Source of the DNA: a virus
Taxonomy: Duplodnaviria; Caudoviricetes
DNA length: 32,868 nt
Reading direction: 5' to 3' (one strand)
IMG/VR virus record: IMGVR_UViG_3300037188_000017
Coordinates: 1-32,868 of that record
Shown: piece after piece, positions 1 through 7,848 of the stretch
How positions within the stretch are numbered: the first letter of the stretch is position 1
How the letters are laid out: every line of letters starts with the position of its first letter
Program-made: the position numbers and the translations under genes
The notes under the pieces: model-generated
Told to the model about the DNA's origin: nothing
Database searches by the model: none
Seen by the model: only the letters and a program-made list of their open reading frames with translations

Positions 1-79
1 AACGTTGCAGTCGCGTTGTTCGAGTTGTTGATTGGTCGCGCAACCGCAAAGGAGGGCCGCGCAGGGGATTAGGGTTTTC
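1..79. repeat. Inverted repeat copy A (79/79 identical to 16867-16945; extends to the window edge)
   Basis: Direct base-by-base comparison. Confidence 0.97.
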
Positions 80-96
80 ATATTTTTAGTTGTCAT
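1..96 (-). CDS. Partial small lipoprotein-like gene running off the window start; copy of the gene at 16859-17104
   Basis: Minus strand reads MTTKN-MKTLIPCAALLCGCATNQQLEQRDCNV (ATG at 96 or 81). Bases 1-79 are the exact reverse complement of 16867-16945. Confidence 0.7.
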   Translation of the reverse strand, partial: MTTKNMKTLIPCAALLCGCATNQQLEQRDCNV

Positions 97-112
97 AATA
101 CAGTGGCCCATT

Positions 113-370
113 TCAAAAATTGATGGGGATGAAGAAAGATATTTCGTTCGAGTAGTGACCGCCATGAACTGCGCGGCCATCGCCGGTCGGGATACCAGCG
201 GCGATGAGGTCGGCGCTAACAGCCTGAAGTACGGCCCAAACCCTCTTAGAGCCGTTGGCGTGGGAATACATCTGAACGAATTTGAATCCCGGCTTATAGG
301 CGGACTCGCGAGAAATTCTAACTTCCATGCGGCCGTCAACGATTTTGCGAATTTTCTGGTTGGTTTTCAT
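113..370 (-). CDS. Hypothetical small protein (MKTNQKIRK...)
   Basis: ORF in the leftward gene array. The ATG at 370 has an A-rich leader like its neighbours and avoids overlap with the upstream gene. Confidence 0.65.
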   Translation of the reverse strand: MKTNQKIRKIVDGRMEVRISRESAYKPGFKFVQMYSHANGSKRVWAVLQAVSADLIAAGIPTGDGRAVHGGHYSNEISFFIPINF

Positions 371-383
371 ATTATTTTTTGGT

Positions 384-656
384 TTAATTGCCCAATTCTT
401 CAAAGGCTTCTTTCAAGGCTTCCCAAGCGTCATCCCGCACGTATCGCGCATGGTTGCGTTTTTCCCAGGCGTCGTGTTCGGCCTTCGCCGCTTCATAGGC
501 CGTCAGTGGAGCGGCGTCATGGGCCTTGCGTGCTTCACGGGCCTTGCGTGCGGCATACGCCGCGTCAGACTCGGCTTTCGCCGAATCGTAGGCGATGCAC
601 GCCTCGGCCCAAGCCAAGGCGAGGCGTTTGATTTTTTCAATTTTTTCGGGATTCAT
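384..656 (-). CDS. Ala-rich helical hypothetical protein, paralogue A1
   Basis: 90 aa; shares IEKIKRLALAWAEACIAYDSAKAESDAAYAAR with 996-1253. Confidence 0.8.
   Translation of the reverse strand: MNPEKIEKIKRLALAWAEACIAYDSAKAESDAAYAARKAREARKAHDAAPLTAYEAAKAEHDAWEKRNHARYVRDDAWEALKEAFEELGN
546..643. repeat. 98-bp exact direct repeat, copy 1 (copy 2 at 1143-1240)
   Basis: Direct comparison, 98/98 identical. Confidence 0.95.
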
Positions 657-667
657 ATTTTAAGCTG

Positions 668-961
668 TTAAAGTTTGTTAGGCGTCATGGCTTCGGGATA
701 TTGGCCGACGATTTGACCGTTCCAATCGGCCACGTCTTTACCTTTCATGGCGTAACGGCTATTAGCGGTCGGGACACTAAAAAGAGTATAACCGTCCTTG
801 ACCGCTTGTTCGGCCAAAAGGCGCGGCGAACTACCGCGAGCCAGTTCGTACTTAAACTTCGCGCTCCTCCCGCCATTGCCGTTCTTAATTGGCTTGGTCG
901 TGGCTTGAAGCACGAACGATGTACCGTTGGTGGACACTTCGGCGTATTTGTTGGTTTTCAT
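668..961 (-). CDS. Hypothetical small protein (MKTNKYAEV...)
   Basis: 97-aa ORF with an A-rich leader, packed between the two paralogues. Confidence 0.7.
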   Translation of the reverse strand: MKTNKYAEVSTNGTSFVLQATTKPIKNGNGGRSAKFKYELARGSSPRLLAEQAVKDGYTLFSVPTANSRYAMKGKDVADWNGQIVGQYPEAMTPNKL

Positions 962-995
962 AATTTTCAGTTGTTAATTTTTTCGCTGCATATTT

Positions 996-1253
996 TCAGT
1001 TGTCAAATTGTTCCAAGGCTTCCAATGCCTCGTCCCGCCCTTGCCGCGCACGGGTGCGCTTAGTCCAAGCGGCCGCGTATTTGGCCTCCGCCGCTTCATA
1101 GTCCTCCGGTGTAGCGGCGTCATAGTCCTCGTACGCGTCCTCGCGTGCGGCATACGCCGCGTCAGACTCGGCTTTCGCCGAATCGTAGGCGATGCACGCC
1201 TCGGCCCAAGCCAAGGCGAGGCGTTTGATTTTTTCAATTTCGGTTGTAGTCAT
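996..1253 (-). CDS. Ala-rich helical hypothetical protein, paralogue A2
   Basis: 85 aa; first gene of the leftward transcript; paralogue of 384-656. Confidence 0.8.
   Translation of the reverse strand: MTTTEIEKIKRLALAWAEACIAYDSAKAESDAAYAAREDAYEDYDAATPEDYEAAEAKYAAAWTKRTRARQGRDEALEALEQFDN
1143..1240. repeat. 98-bp exact direct repeat, copy 2
   Basis: Identical to 546-643. Confidence 0.95.
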
Positions 1254-1288
1254 AATTTTGATTCGTTCAAGTTTCTCTTAACGATTTA

Positions 1289-1317
1289 ACTGTAGAACGG
1301 TTCTACATTATTTGCAA
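1289..1317 (-). promoter_or_regulatory. Putative leftward sigma70-type promoter
   Basis: Minus strand TTGCAA-17 nt-TACAGT, about 35 nt upstream of the ATG at 1253. Confidence 0.6.
1291..1307. promoter_or_regulatory. Palindromic operator-like site TGTAGAAC-G-GTTCTACA
   Basis: Perfect 8-1-8 palindrome overlapping the spacer and -10 of the leftward promoter. Confidence 0.6.
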
Positions 1318-1427
1318 CAACTATTTTCACAAATCGAGTATACTTTTTTGTTATGGTTGAAATACATTTTCCGTGCCACTGACTATACTTTCTTTCTATA
1401 CTCGATTTTGAAAATAAATGTTGCAAA
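1311..1427. repeat. Imperfect inverted repeat of about 32 bp (1311-1342 vs 1397-1427) carrying the -35 elements of two divergent promoters
   Basis: TTTGCAACA-nn-TATTTTCA-(c)-AAATCGAGTATA in both orientations; 29 matching positions. Confidence 0.8.
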
Positions 1428-1456
1428 ATATTTTTAAATGTGAGAAAACTAAACCC

Positions 1457-1636
1457 ATGAGCAGAAAAAAGAAAAGCGCCCCATCAAATAATAATAATGT
1501 GGCGATCTCACCCGAGGCGCAAGTCGCGCTGAATGAGTTGAGCGAACGCACGGGAATGCAAAAGAAGCGGGCCGCGTCACTCTGCATTCTGGCGCACGCC
1601 CCAAAAGTTGTCGTGACCGAAAAGGAGGTCGCGTGA
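1457..1636 (+). CDS. Small ribbon-helix-helix (Arc/CopG-like) DNA-binding regulator
   Basis: 59 aa; NVAISPEAQVALNELSERTGMQKKRAASLCIL fits a strand-helix-turn(G)-helix pattern; first gene after the divergent control region. Confidence 0.55.
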   Translation: MSRKKKSAPSNNNNVAISPEAQVALNELSERTGMQKKRAASLCILAHAPKVVVTEKEVA

Positions 1637-1860
1637 AATACTATCAACACACCAAGTGCGCCTGGTGTGGTTGTGATATGGGTGCGAAGTCTTGCGCGGA
1701 GAAGATGCACGGGACGGTTAGCCATGGCGTGTGTCCGAGCTGTGAAGCTAAATATTTTCCAGATTTAGCCGCGCCTGTCGCGGGCCAGCCCGCCGGGAAA
1801 TTAGCCGTCAAAAATCAAGACGTGCCGGTCGGGACCGATGCGACAGGAGCGGTGCAATGA
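1633..1860 (+). CDS. Small zinc-finger protein
   Basis: CAWC...SHGVCPSC motif; 4-nt overlaps with both neighbours. Confidence 0.7.
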   Translation: MKYYQHTKCAWCGCDMGAKSCAEKMHGTVSHGVCPSCEAKYFPDLAAPVAGQPAGKLAVKNQDVPVGTDATGAVQ

Positions 1861-3566
1861 ACTGGAGCAAAGAACAGATTGCGATCTTCGAATTCTTCCG
1901 CGAAGGGACGGGGCACGCGATAGTGAAGGCCCGCGCCGGAACCGGCAAGACGACGACCATTAAGGAGGCGTTCGTCTACGCGCCGGAAGATCGAATCTTG
2001 TACGCCGTTTTCAATAAGAAGAATCAAATCGAAGCGCAGCTCAAGATTGTTGATCGCCGCGTCGAGGTGAAGACGCTTCATTCGCTCGGGTTCTCCTATA
2101 TCAAATCCGTTTGGCATTCCGCAAAGCCTGACGACTCCGTCGAGGTTGATCGCTTGGAGCGCGTCTGTCCTGCCATCGCTCAGAATTACGAAGCACGCGG
2201 CAACGTCCTGAAGCTGGTCGCATTCGCGAAAAACACCACGTCAAACACGACGAGCGCGGACATGGAACGGCTGGCGGATCAACTCAATTTGCAGTTCGGC
2301 GACATCGATGGTTGCGCCGTGGCGATGGCGGTTCTCGCGGAGTCGAAAAAGCCCGACTCGCAAAATCGGATCTCGTTCAACGACATGGTTTGGCTCCCGG
2401 TCGTCATGTCGTGGGTGTCACCTCGTTACGATCTCGTCTGCGTCGATGAGGCGCAGGATATGACGTTGCCGCAGCTCACAATGGCCAGGCAGGCGTGTAA
2501 GAAGCCGGGCCGAATAGTTGTGGTAGGTGACGACCGCCAAGCCATCTACGGATTCCGCGGCGCGGTTCAGAACGGCATGGGGATGATGAAGATGATTCTT
2601 CGTGCTAAGGAATTTTCGCTGACAACGACATACCGTTGCCCGCGCATGGTTGTCGAGATGGCCGCGAAGTACGTTCCCGATTACAAGGCCGCGCCGGAAG
2701 CTCCGAAGGGTCACATTGAGGATATCACCCCCGGCACCATCGAGAAGATCGTGAAGCCGCTGGACGCGATATTGTCGCGGATGAATGCGCCACTGATGCC
2801 GATTGCGCTTCGTCTTTTACGTTTGCAAATTCCGGCCCGTATCGAAGGCAAAGACATTGGGCGCCAGCTCATCGCCACCATCCGCAGCTTGTCGAAATAT
2901 CCCGACGCGACGACACCGGCATTGATCAAGTTACTAGAAATTTGGAAGTGCAAGCAATGTATGCGGCTGGAAGGCACGAAGAACGCGGACAAGAAGATCG
3001 AGCAGATTCTGGACGTGGCGCAGACGATTGAGGCGCTGGCGGAAGACTGCGACACGGTTGCAGAGGTGACGGCGAATATTGAATCGCTGTTTGAAGATTC
3101 GGCGACGAATTCTAATCCCGCCGTTGTGCTGTCCAGCGTCCATAAAGCGAAGGGTCTCGAATGGGAACGAGTGTTCTTGCTGGAAGAAACTTTCAGGGCG
3201 TCCAAGGGTGGCGAGGAAGAAAATATTTACTATGTGGCGCTGACTCGAACCAAGTCGCACCTGTACTTGGTCGGCGGCGTTGATCCAAAGGAAGAAAATG
3301 AAAAAGACGATACCAATTCAATTCCGCAAATCACGACCGATTACAGTTCGTACGACGTACTTCCCGGAAGCATCCGGCGACAGGTTGGAGATATCATTCT
3401 CTTTGGGCGACGCGAGTATACCGTTGACCGCGTATCAGCTTCTCGCGCTACGGCGAAAGCTGGTAAAGAAACAATTTCGATTAACACGGTCTGCGACCCC
3501 GGCGACGTGATTCGTCGCATAGATTTAACCCTAAACCAACAACCCGTTACCGCGTCGGCTGATTGA
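1857..3566 (+). CDS. UvrD/Rep-family SF1 DNA helicase
   Basis: ARAGTGKT (Walker A), VDEAQD, VGDDRQAIYGFRGA, TYRCP, VHKAKGLE and YVALTR motifs. Confidence 0.95.
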   Translation: MNWSKEQIAIFEFFREGTGHAIVKARAGTGKTTTIKEAFVYAPEDRILYAVFNKKNQIEAQLKIVDRRVEVKTLHSLGFSYIKSVWHSAKPDDSVEVDRLERVCPAIAQNYEARGNVLKLVAFAKNTTSNTTSADMERLADQLNLQFGDIDGCAVAMAVLAESKKPDSQNRISFNDMVWLPVVMSWVSPRYDLVCVDEAQDMTLPQLTMARQACKKPGRIVVVGDDRQAIYGFRGAVQNGMGMMKMILRAKEFSLTTTYRCPRMVVEMAAKYVPDYKAAPEAPKGHIEDITPGTIEKIVKPLDAILSRMNAPLMPIALRLLRLQIPARIEGKDIGRQLIATIRSLSKYPDATTPALIKLLEIWKCKQCMRLEGTKNADKKIEQILDVAQTIEALAEDCDTVAEVTANIESLFEDSATNSNPAVVLSSVHKAKGLEWERVFLLEETFRASKGGEEENIYYVALTRTKSHLYLVGGVDPKEENEKDDTNSIPQITTDYSSYDVLPGSIRRQVGDIILFGRREYTVDRVSASRATAKAGKETISINTVCDPGDVIRRIDLTLNQQPVTASAD

Positions 3567-3583
3567 CGGCTGGCGCGGTAACG
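3545..3583 (+). terminator. 17-bp RNA stem-loop over the helicase stop codon (terminator or attenuator-like)
   Basis: CGTTACCGCG-TCGGCTG / ATTGA loop / CGGCTGG-CGCGGTAACG. Three G-U pairs work only on the + strand. Followed by CCCCCTTTT. Confidence 0.55.
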
Positions 3584-3592
3584 CCCCCTTTT

Positions 3593-3748
3593 ATGACTGC
3601 ATGCCATTGGATAATGCTGATCGTCTTTTTTATGTTCGCGTGCTTCGCGATCACACTTTGCCTGCTCTACAGCGCCAAGGAAGATGACACGATCTCTCCT
3701 GACGATTTGAAGGAAATAACTGACACCAAAATCAACGAAGAATTATGA
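3593..3748 (+). CDS. Small single-pass membrane protein
   Basis: Hydrophobic WIMLIVFFMFACFAITLCLLY followed by an acidic tail; ATG at 3593. Confidence 0.6.
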   Translation: MTACHWIMLIVFFMFACFAITLCLLYSAKEDDTISPDDLKEITDTKINEEL

Positions 3749-3891
3749 GCCGTAAACCCAAAATCCCCGCCGTCGTCATCGACCTGAAATGTTCATGCGG
3801 TTGTCGCTGGACGTCCATCTGGTCGCGTGGCGCGATCACAAAACCCGCCGTCCGATGTCCGGCTTGTTTCAAGGAGGTCAAATGCAAGTAA
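3745..3891 (+). CDS. 48-aa zinc-ribbon protein (not in the ORF track)
   Basis: MSRKPKIPAVVIDLKCSCGCRW...VRCPACFKEVKCK; ATGA overlap with the previous gene. Confidence 0.6.
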   Translation: MSRKPKIPAVVIDLKCSCGCRWTSIWSRGAITKPAVRCPACFKEVKCK

Positions 3892-4007
3892 GAGACCTAA
3901 TCGCAGAGCTGCAACGTTTCGAGCCGACGGCAAAGGTGTCGATTCAATTTCAACGCGAAGGTAAAGACGGTAAGAGTTACAAGATACTCACGTCAATGAA
4001 GAAGTGA
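3882..4007 (+). CDS. Small phage protein, possibly frameshifted (may extend to 4066)
   Basis: AAGGAGG RBS followed by MQVRDLIAELQRFEPTAKV. Confidence 0.55.
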   Translation: MQVRDLIAELQRFEPTAKVSIQFQREGKDGKSYKILTSMKK

Positions 4008-4058
4008 CGGCAGTTCGCCCTGAAGGCTGTAATTCTAATTCGGTCATTCTCAAATCAG

Positions 4059-5144
4059 ATGAATAACATCATCACAGCGTCACGAATGAACTGCCTGCTG
4101 AAGTGTCAACGTCAGCACTTTTGGAAATATGAAATCGGACTGCGCCGCGATTCGACTGGCGTGGCGTTGCGGTTCGGCAGCGCCTGGGCTCGTGGCATGG
4201 AAGCGCGTTGGAATGGTCTTGATTACGATGCCGCTCTCGCCATTGCCGTCCCGGAAGGAGTTGACCTTGACGCCTATGCTTGCGCTACGGTGTCGGCTCT
4301 GCTGGCTGGCTATTACGATTACTACGGCCCGCGTGAGACCGTCGGTCATCTGAATCCAGAGGTACAATTCCGCGCAGACTTTCGCGGCGAAATCGGACTG
4401 CAACACTTCTCGCTTGAAGGGAAGATGGACGGCCTTGGCGCTCTCAAAGATGGCCGCTTGGTCCTACTGGAAGCGAAGACGACCAGCGACAGTGTTGCGC
4501 CGGACTCCGATTACTGGATGCGGCTGCGCTTCAATATGCAGGTGTTGAATTACATCGTCGAAGCGCGTCGGCTCGGCTGGGATGTAGAAGAGGTCTATTA
4601 CGATGTTACCCGTAAAACTGCCATCAAACCGAAGATGCTGGACGATCTTGATGAGAATCAGTTGAAGATCGTTGTCGATTCCGACGGCAATCGTGTGCTC
4701 AAGAAGGACGGCTCGCCGCGACTGACTGGCGACACGAAGGCCGGTTACGTCGTCAAGCAACACCTTGAGACGCCGGATGAATATTGCGACCGGCTTTACA
4801 AGGACACCCAGACGCGATCTGATTTCTATTTCTGTCGCAAGTCGGTCCCAGTTATCGACGGCGAGTTGGCCGACTTTGAAAATCAGCGAATCGTCCTTGC
4901 GCGAATGATCAACTTTTTCCGCAACGCTGAATTCACGGCTACAGACAAAGAGACGCGCCGATCTGAAGTCTGGCCGCGCAATGTCTCAAAGGATACGTGC
5001 AACTTTTGCGAGTACAAAGATTTCTGTCTGCAAAATCTGTCGGTAAACATCAATCAACCCCCGGCTGGATTTAGCGTCCAGCCATTCAATCCAGAGTTAC
5101 AAGAGCTATTATATGACGATACCGAAACGGCCATCGACGCTTAA
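4059..5144 (+). CDS. PD-(D/E)XK exonuclease (RecB/AddB/Cas4-like)
   Basis: N-terminal ITASRMNCLLKCQR, GKMDG...LLEAKT, Q..NY and C-terminal CNFCEYKDFC (Fe-S staple pattern). Confidence 0.85.
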   Translation: MNNIITASRMNCLLKCQRQHFWKYEIGLRRDSTGVALRFGSAWARGMEARWNGLDYDAALAIAVPEGVDLDAYACATVSALLAGYYDYYGPRETVGHLNPEVQFRADFRGEIGLQHFSLEGKMDGLGALKDGRLVLLEAKTTSDSVAPDSDYWMRLRFNMQVLNYIVEARRLGWDVEEVYYDVTRKTAIKPKMLDDLDENQLKIVVDSDGNRVLKKDGSPRLTGDTKAGYVVKQHLETPDEYCDRLYKDTQTRSDFYFCRKSVPVIDGELADFENQRIVLARMINFFRNAEFTATDKETRRSEVWPRNVSKDTCNFCEYKDFCLQNLSVNINQPPAGFSVQPFNPELQELLYDDTETAIDA

Positions 5145-5937
5145 CGCGCCCGTGCCACAGCCCCAACAAAAAGCAACCGTGACCTTTGGCAAGATCACGG
5201 AAAAGAAAGGTCACCGCGTCTGTCTGTATGGCACTGGCGGCATCGGTAAGACAACGCTGGCGTGTCTAATGACTGGTCGTACCGCCGTCCTTGACGCCGA
5301 CGAATCTCTGTCGGTCCTGCGCAGTCAATTGGAAGCGCAAGACATTCCCCTGCCCGCCACCGTCGAGGCCGCAACATGGCAAGATGTCATTGACGCGCTA
5401 AATTCCGCTGGCTGGGACGACATCGACAATATCGTCTTGGACACCGTCACAAAGCTGGAAGAGCTGTGCATGGCGCAAGTGCTCAAAACGATTAAAAATG
5501 AAAAAGGTCATACCGTTTACAAATTGGAAGACTACGGCTATGGCAAGGGCTATCAGCACATTTTCGAAACGTTCCTGCAATTGCTTTCGGTGCTGGATAG
5601 ACACGCACGCGCCGGACGCAACGTCATTCTGATTGCGCACGAATGCACGGCGACGGTGCCAAATCCGAAGGGTGAAGATTTCCTTCGCTACGAGCCGCGC
5701 CTTCAGAATCCCGGCAGCGGCAAAGCATCCATCCGTTATCGCGTCAAGGAATGGGCTGATCACGTCTTGTTCCTGGGTTATGACGTGGAAGTCGATAAGG
5801 CTGGTGTCGCGCAAGGGTCCGGCACGCGCACGTTGCATGCGTCGGAATTGCCGCATTGCATGGCCAAGAGCCGCACTTGCTCCGGCACAATCGACATCGT
5901 TCAAGGTCAATCTCCGTGGGAAGAAATCATCAAATAA
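5113..5937 (+). CDS. Sak4-like AAA_24 ATPase / ssDNA-annealing recombinase
   Basis: LYGTGGIGKTT, IVLDTVT, GYGKGY, ILIAH, KEWADHVLF and AKSR motifs; lies between the exonuclease and the SSB-like gene. Confidence 0.88.
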   Translation: MTIPKRPSTLNAPVPQPQQKATVTFGKITEKKGHRVCLYGTGGIGKTTLACLMTGRTAVLDADESLSVLRSQLEAQDIPLPATVEAATWQDVIDALNSAGWDDIDNIVLDTVTKLEELCMAQVLKTIKNEKGHTVYKLEDYGYGKGYQHIFETFLQLLSVLDRHARAGRNVILIAHECTATVPNPKGEDFLRYEPRLQNPGSGKASIRYRVKEWADHVLFLGYDVEVDKAGVAQGSGTRTLHASELPHCMAKSRTCSGTIDIVQGQSPWEEIIK

Positions 5938-5975
5938 GTTTCGGTAAACCAACAACAAATAAAGAAATCAAAACT

Positions 5976-6785
5976 ATGAGCAAACAAATGCCCCTCGAAG
6001 GAACACACCCGGCCAAGTTGCCGGAACCCATCGTCGTCTACGTCACAGATGCTGGTGCCCTGTGCGCTGCCGTGCCGGTCGAACTTCTTTCTGAAGTGCC
6101 TTGGGTTGACAAATCAACGGTTACCATTGTCAGCAAGGACGGCGTGCCGATGAAAAACAACATCAAGAATCTCCGCAAAGCTTTTGCGTGGGAGTCGGCT
6201 GATCCATTCGACTTAGAATCGGCAGCCGTCGGCACCGAGTTTGACGCCGTTGGCGGCCTGGAAGATTACGACCCGGAAAATACTGGCAGCCCAGTAAAAA
6301 TCTGGAAAGTGAAATGGATCAATCCGAAAGGCGCGAGCGCGAAGATGCCCGACAAGGTTGCGCTGGCGGATCGTAAAGCGATTCTGACGAAGTTCGGCGG
6401 CAAGCTGAAAGCGATGCTGGCAGCGACTGGCGGCAAGGTCGAAACGAAACCCGCCGTGAAAGCTGCACCGGCAGCGCAAGCTGAGATTCCGCTGACTCCG
6501 AAGCCTGCGACGGCAGCAGCTCCCGCGAAAGTTCCGCCGCGTGCTGCGGCTGGCGGTCCTCCATCACGCAAGCCCGCTGCGGCTCCTGCCGTGGTCGCGC
6601 CAGCCGTTTCTTCGCAAGAAGAGGTCTGGACGAGGTTTGAAGCTGCAAGCGCGAATAGCGGCAAATCGCCCGACGAGCTGGGCACACTGTTCTGGTCGAT
6701 CACGGACAAGATCAAGCCTGGCAGCGACGGCTCGGACTTGACGCCGGAAGAATGGGGCAAAGTCGCGGAAGAACTTGGAGTGTAA
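5976..6785 (+). CDS. Putative ssDNA-binding protein with a long Ala/Pro-rich linker and a small C-terminal domain
   Basis: Position after Sak4; beta-rich N-terminal domain ending KVKWINP; low-complexity linker; ATG at 5976 after an A-rich leader. Confidence 0.55.
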   Translation: MSKQMPLEGTHPAKLPEPIVVYVTDAGALCAAVPVELLSEVPWVDKSTVTIVSKDGVPMKNNIKNLRKAFAWESADPFDLESAAVGTEFDAVGGLEDYDPENTGSPVKIWKVKWINPKGASAKMPDKVALADRKAILTKFGGKLKAMLAATGGKVETKPAVKAAPAAQAEIPLTPKPATAAAPAKVPPRAAAGGPPSRKPAAAPAVVAPAVSSQEEVWTRFEAASANSGKSPDELGTLFWSITDKIKPGSDGSDLTPEEWGKVAEELGV

Positions 6786-6833
6786 GTCAACAAAATCAAG
6801 TTGCCGGGTCTTGTCAAAACCGGCACTAATTTT

Positions 6834-7847
6834 ATGAAAGATACGCAAAAAATAATGGCACTAAAAATCGCATCCATTCTCACCGATGGGTTGCAAGTTC
6901 GCGCTCAAATCAATTCTGATTATGTCGAAGAATTGGCGGAAGCTCTGAAGGGCGGCTCTAAATTTCCTCCGGTGATTGTCTTTCGCGACGAAAATCACCA
7001 CTATCTCGCCGACGGCTTTCACCGGCTTGAAGCGGCCAAGGAAAATGGTGCTCAAAATATCATGGCGGAAATCCGAACCGGAACTAAGTCAGAAGCTCTT
7101 AAGTTTGCCCTTGGCGCGAATGCAACGCACGGACTGCGGTTGACGAACAAAGATAAGCGTCACTCCGCTGAGATTGCTTTGCGTGAATTTCCGAAGCTGG
7201 CTGATGCCGAACTGGGAAGAATTTGCGCCGTCTCTAACACTTTTATTTCTTCCGTGCGAAAGGAAATTCAACCTGCAACCGTTGCAAGTTCTCCTCGAAC
7301 CGGAGGTGATGGAAAAGTTAGAAATCTTCCACCTCCGCGCAAAATGCTACCAGCTCAACCTTCAACCGTTGAAGGTTCAAATCATAAAAAAGCCCATTTA
7401 ACAGGCATTTCAAAAGATGACATGCCGCGTCAAGCAACGACTGTGCCACCTCGCCCTGTTAAGCCTGCCGCCAAGCCGGAACCGAAAGGGCCACTGGATT
7501 CGACCGGCATCGAAGTGCCGCCGGAATGTCTCGAACTCTGGACGCGAATGGCAGCGGAAGCGCAGGACAAGATGTCACGCATTTCGTTGCTCAAGGGCGA
7601 GTTCAAGAAAATCCAAGACGCTCAGGACATTGGTTACGTCGAATGCGACTTGATAACGACCATTGCCGATCTTGAGTTGTCCTATGCCGACGCGAAACGC
7701 GCTAAGCCTCACGCTGTCTGCCCGGCCTGCAACGGCGTCATGGCGAAGGGTTGCACGACTTGCAAAGGGCGCGGCTTCATCTCTGATTTCTACTGGAAAA
7801 CTTTCATCAGCGAAGAGACGCGGAAACTTCGCACGATCAAAAAGTAA
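6834..7847 (+). CDS. ParB N-terminal-fold protein with HTH and C-terminal Zn finger
   Basis: FPPVIV...LADGFHRLEAA (ParB GxxR motif), LADAELGRICAVSNTFISSVR (HTH) and CPACNG...CTTCKGRG. Confidence 0.85.
   Translation: MKDTQKIMALKIASILTDGLQVRAQINSDYVEELAEALKGGSKFPPVIVFRDENHHYLADGFHRLEAAKENGAQNIMAEIRTGTKSEALKFALGANATHGLRLTNKDKRHSAEIALREFPKLADAELGRICAVSNTFISSVRKEIQPATVASSPRTGGDGKVRNLPPPRKMLPAQPSTVEGSNHKKAHLTGISKDDMPRQATTVPPRPVKPAAKPEPKGPLDSTGIEVPPECLELWTRMAAEAQDKMSRISLLKGEFKKIQDAQDIGYVECDLITTIADLELSYADAKRAKPHAVCPACNGVMAKGCTTCKGRGFISDFYWKTFISEETRKLRTIKK
7268..7378. repeat. Two 21-bp palindromes in a 24-bp direct repeat (7268-7291, 7355-7378) inside the ParB-like gene
   Basis: AACCTGCAAC-C-GTTGCAAGTT and AACCTTCAAC-C-GTTGAAGGTT. 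Confidence 0.85.
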
Positions 7848-7848
7848 T

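Noticed and set aside
384-1253. Diversity-generating retroelement (TR/VR pair) as the explanation for the paralogues
   Set aside because: Differences outside the identical block are not adenine-specific and include indels. There is no reverse transcriptase in the window.
32-1289. Plus-strand ORFs 32-631, 327-671, 701-1063 and 1008-1289
   Set aside because: They are antisense shadows of the tightly packed minus-strand genes. Their shared peptide text simply reflects the 98-bp repeat.
4059-5144. Cas4 as part of a CRISPR system
   Set aside because: The exonuclease-Sak4-SSB context is a standard phage recombination module, and there is no array or cas1/cas2.
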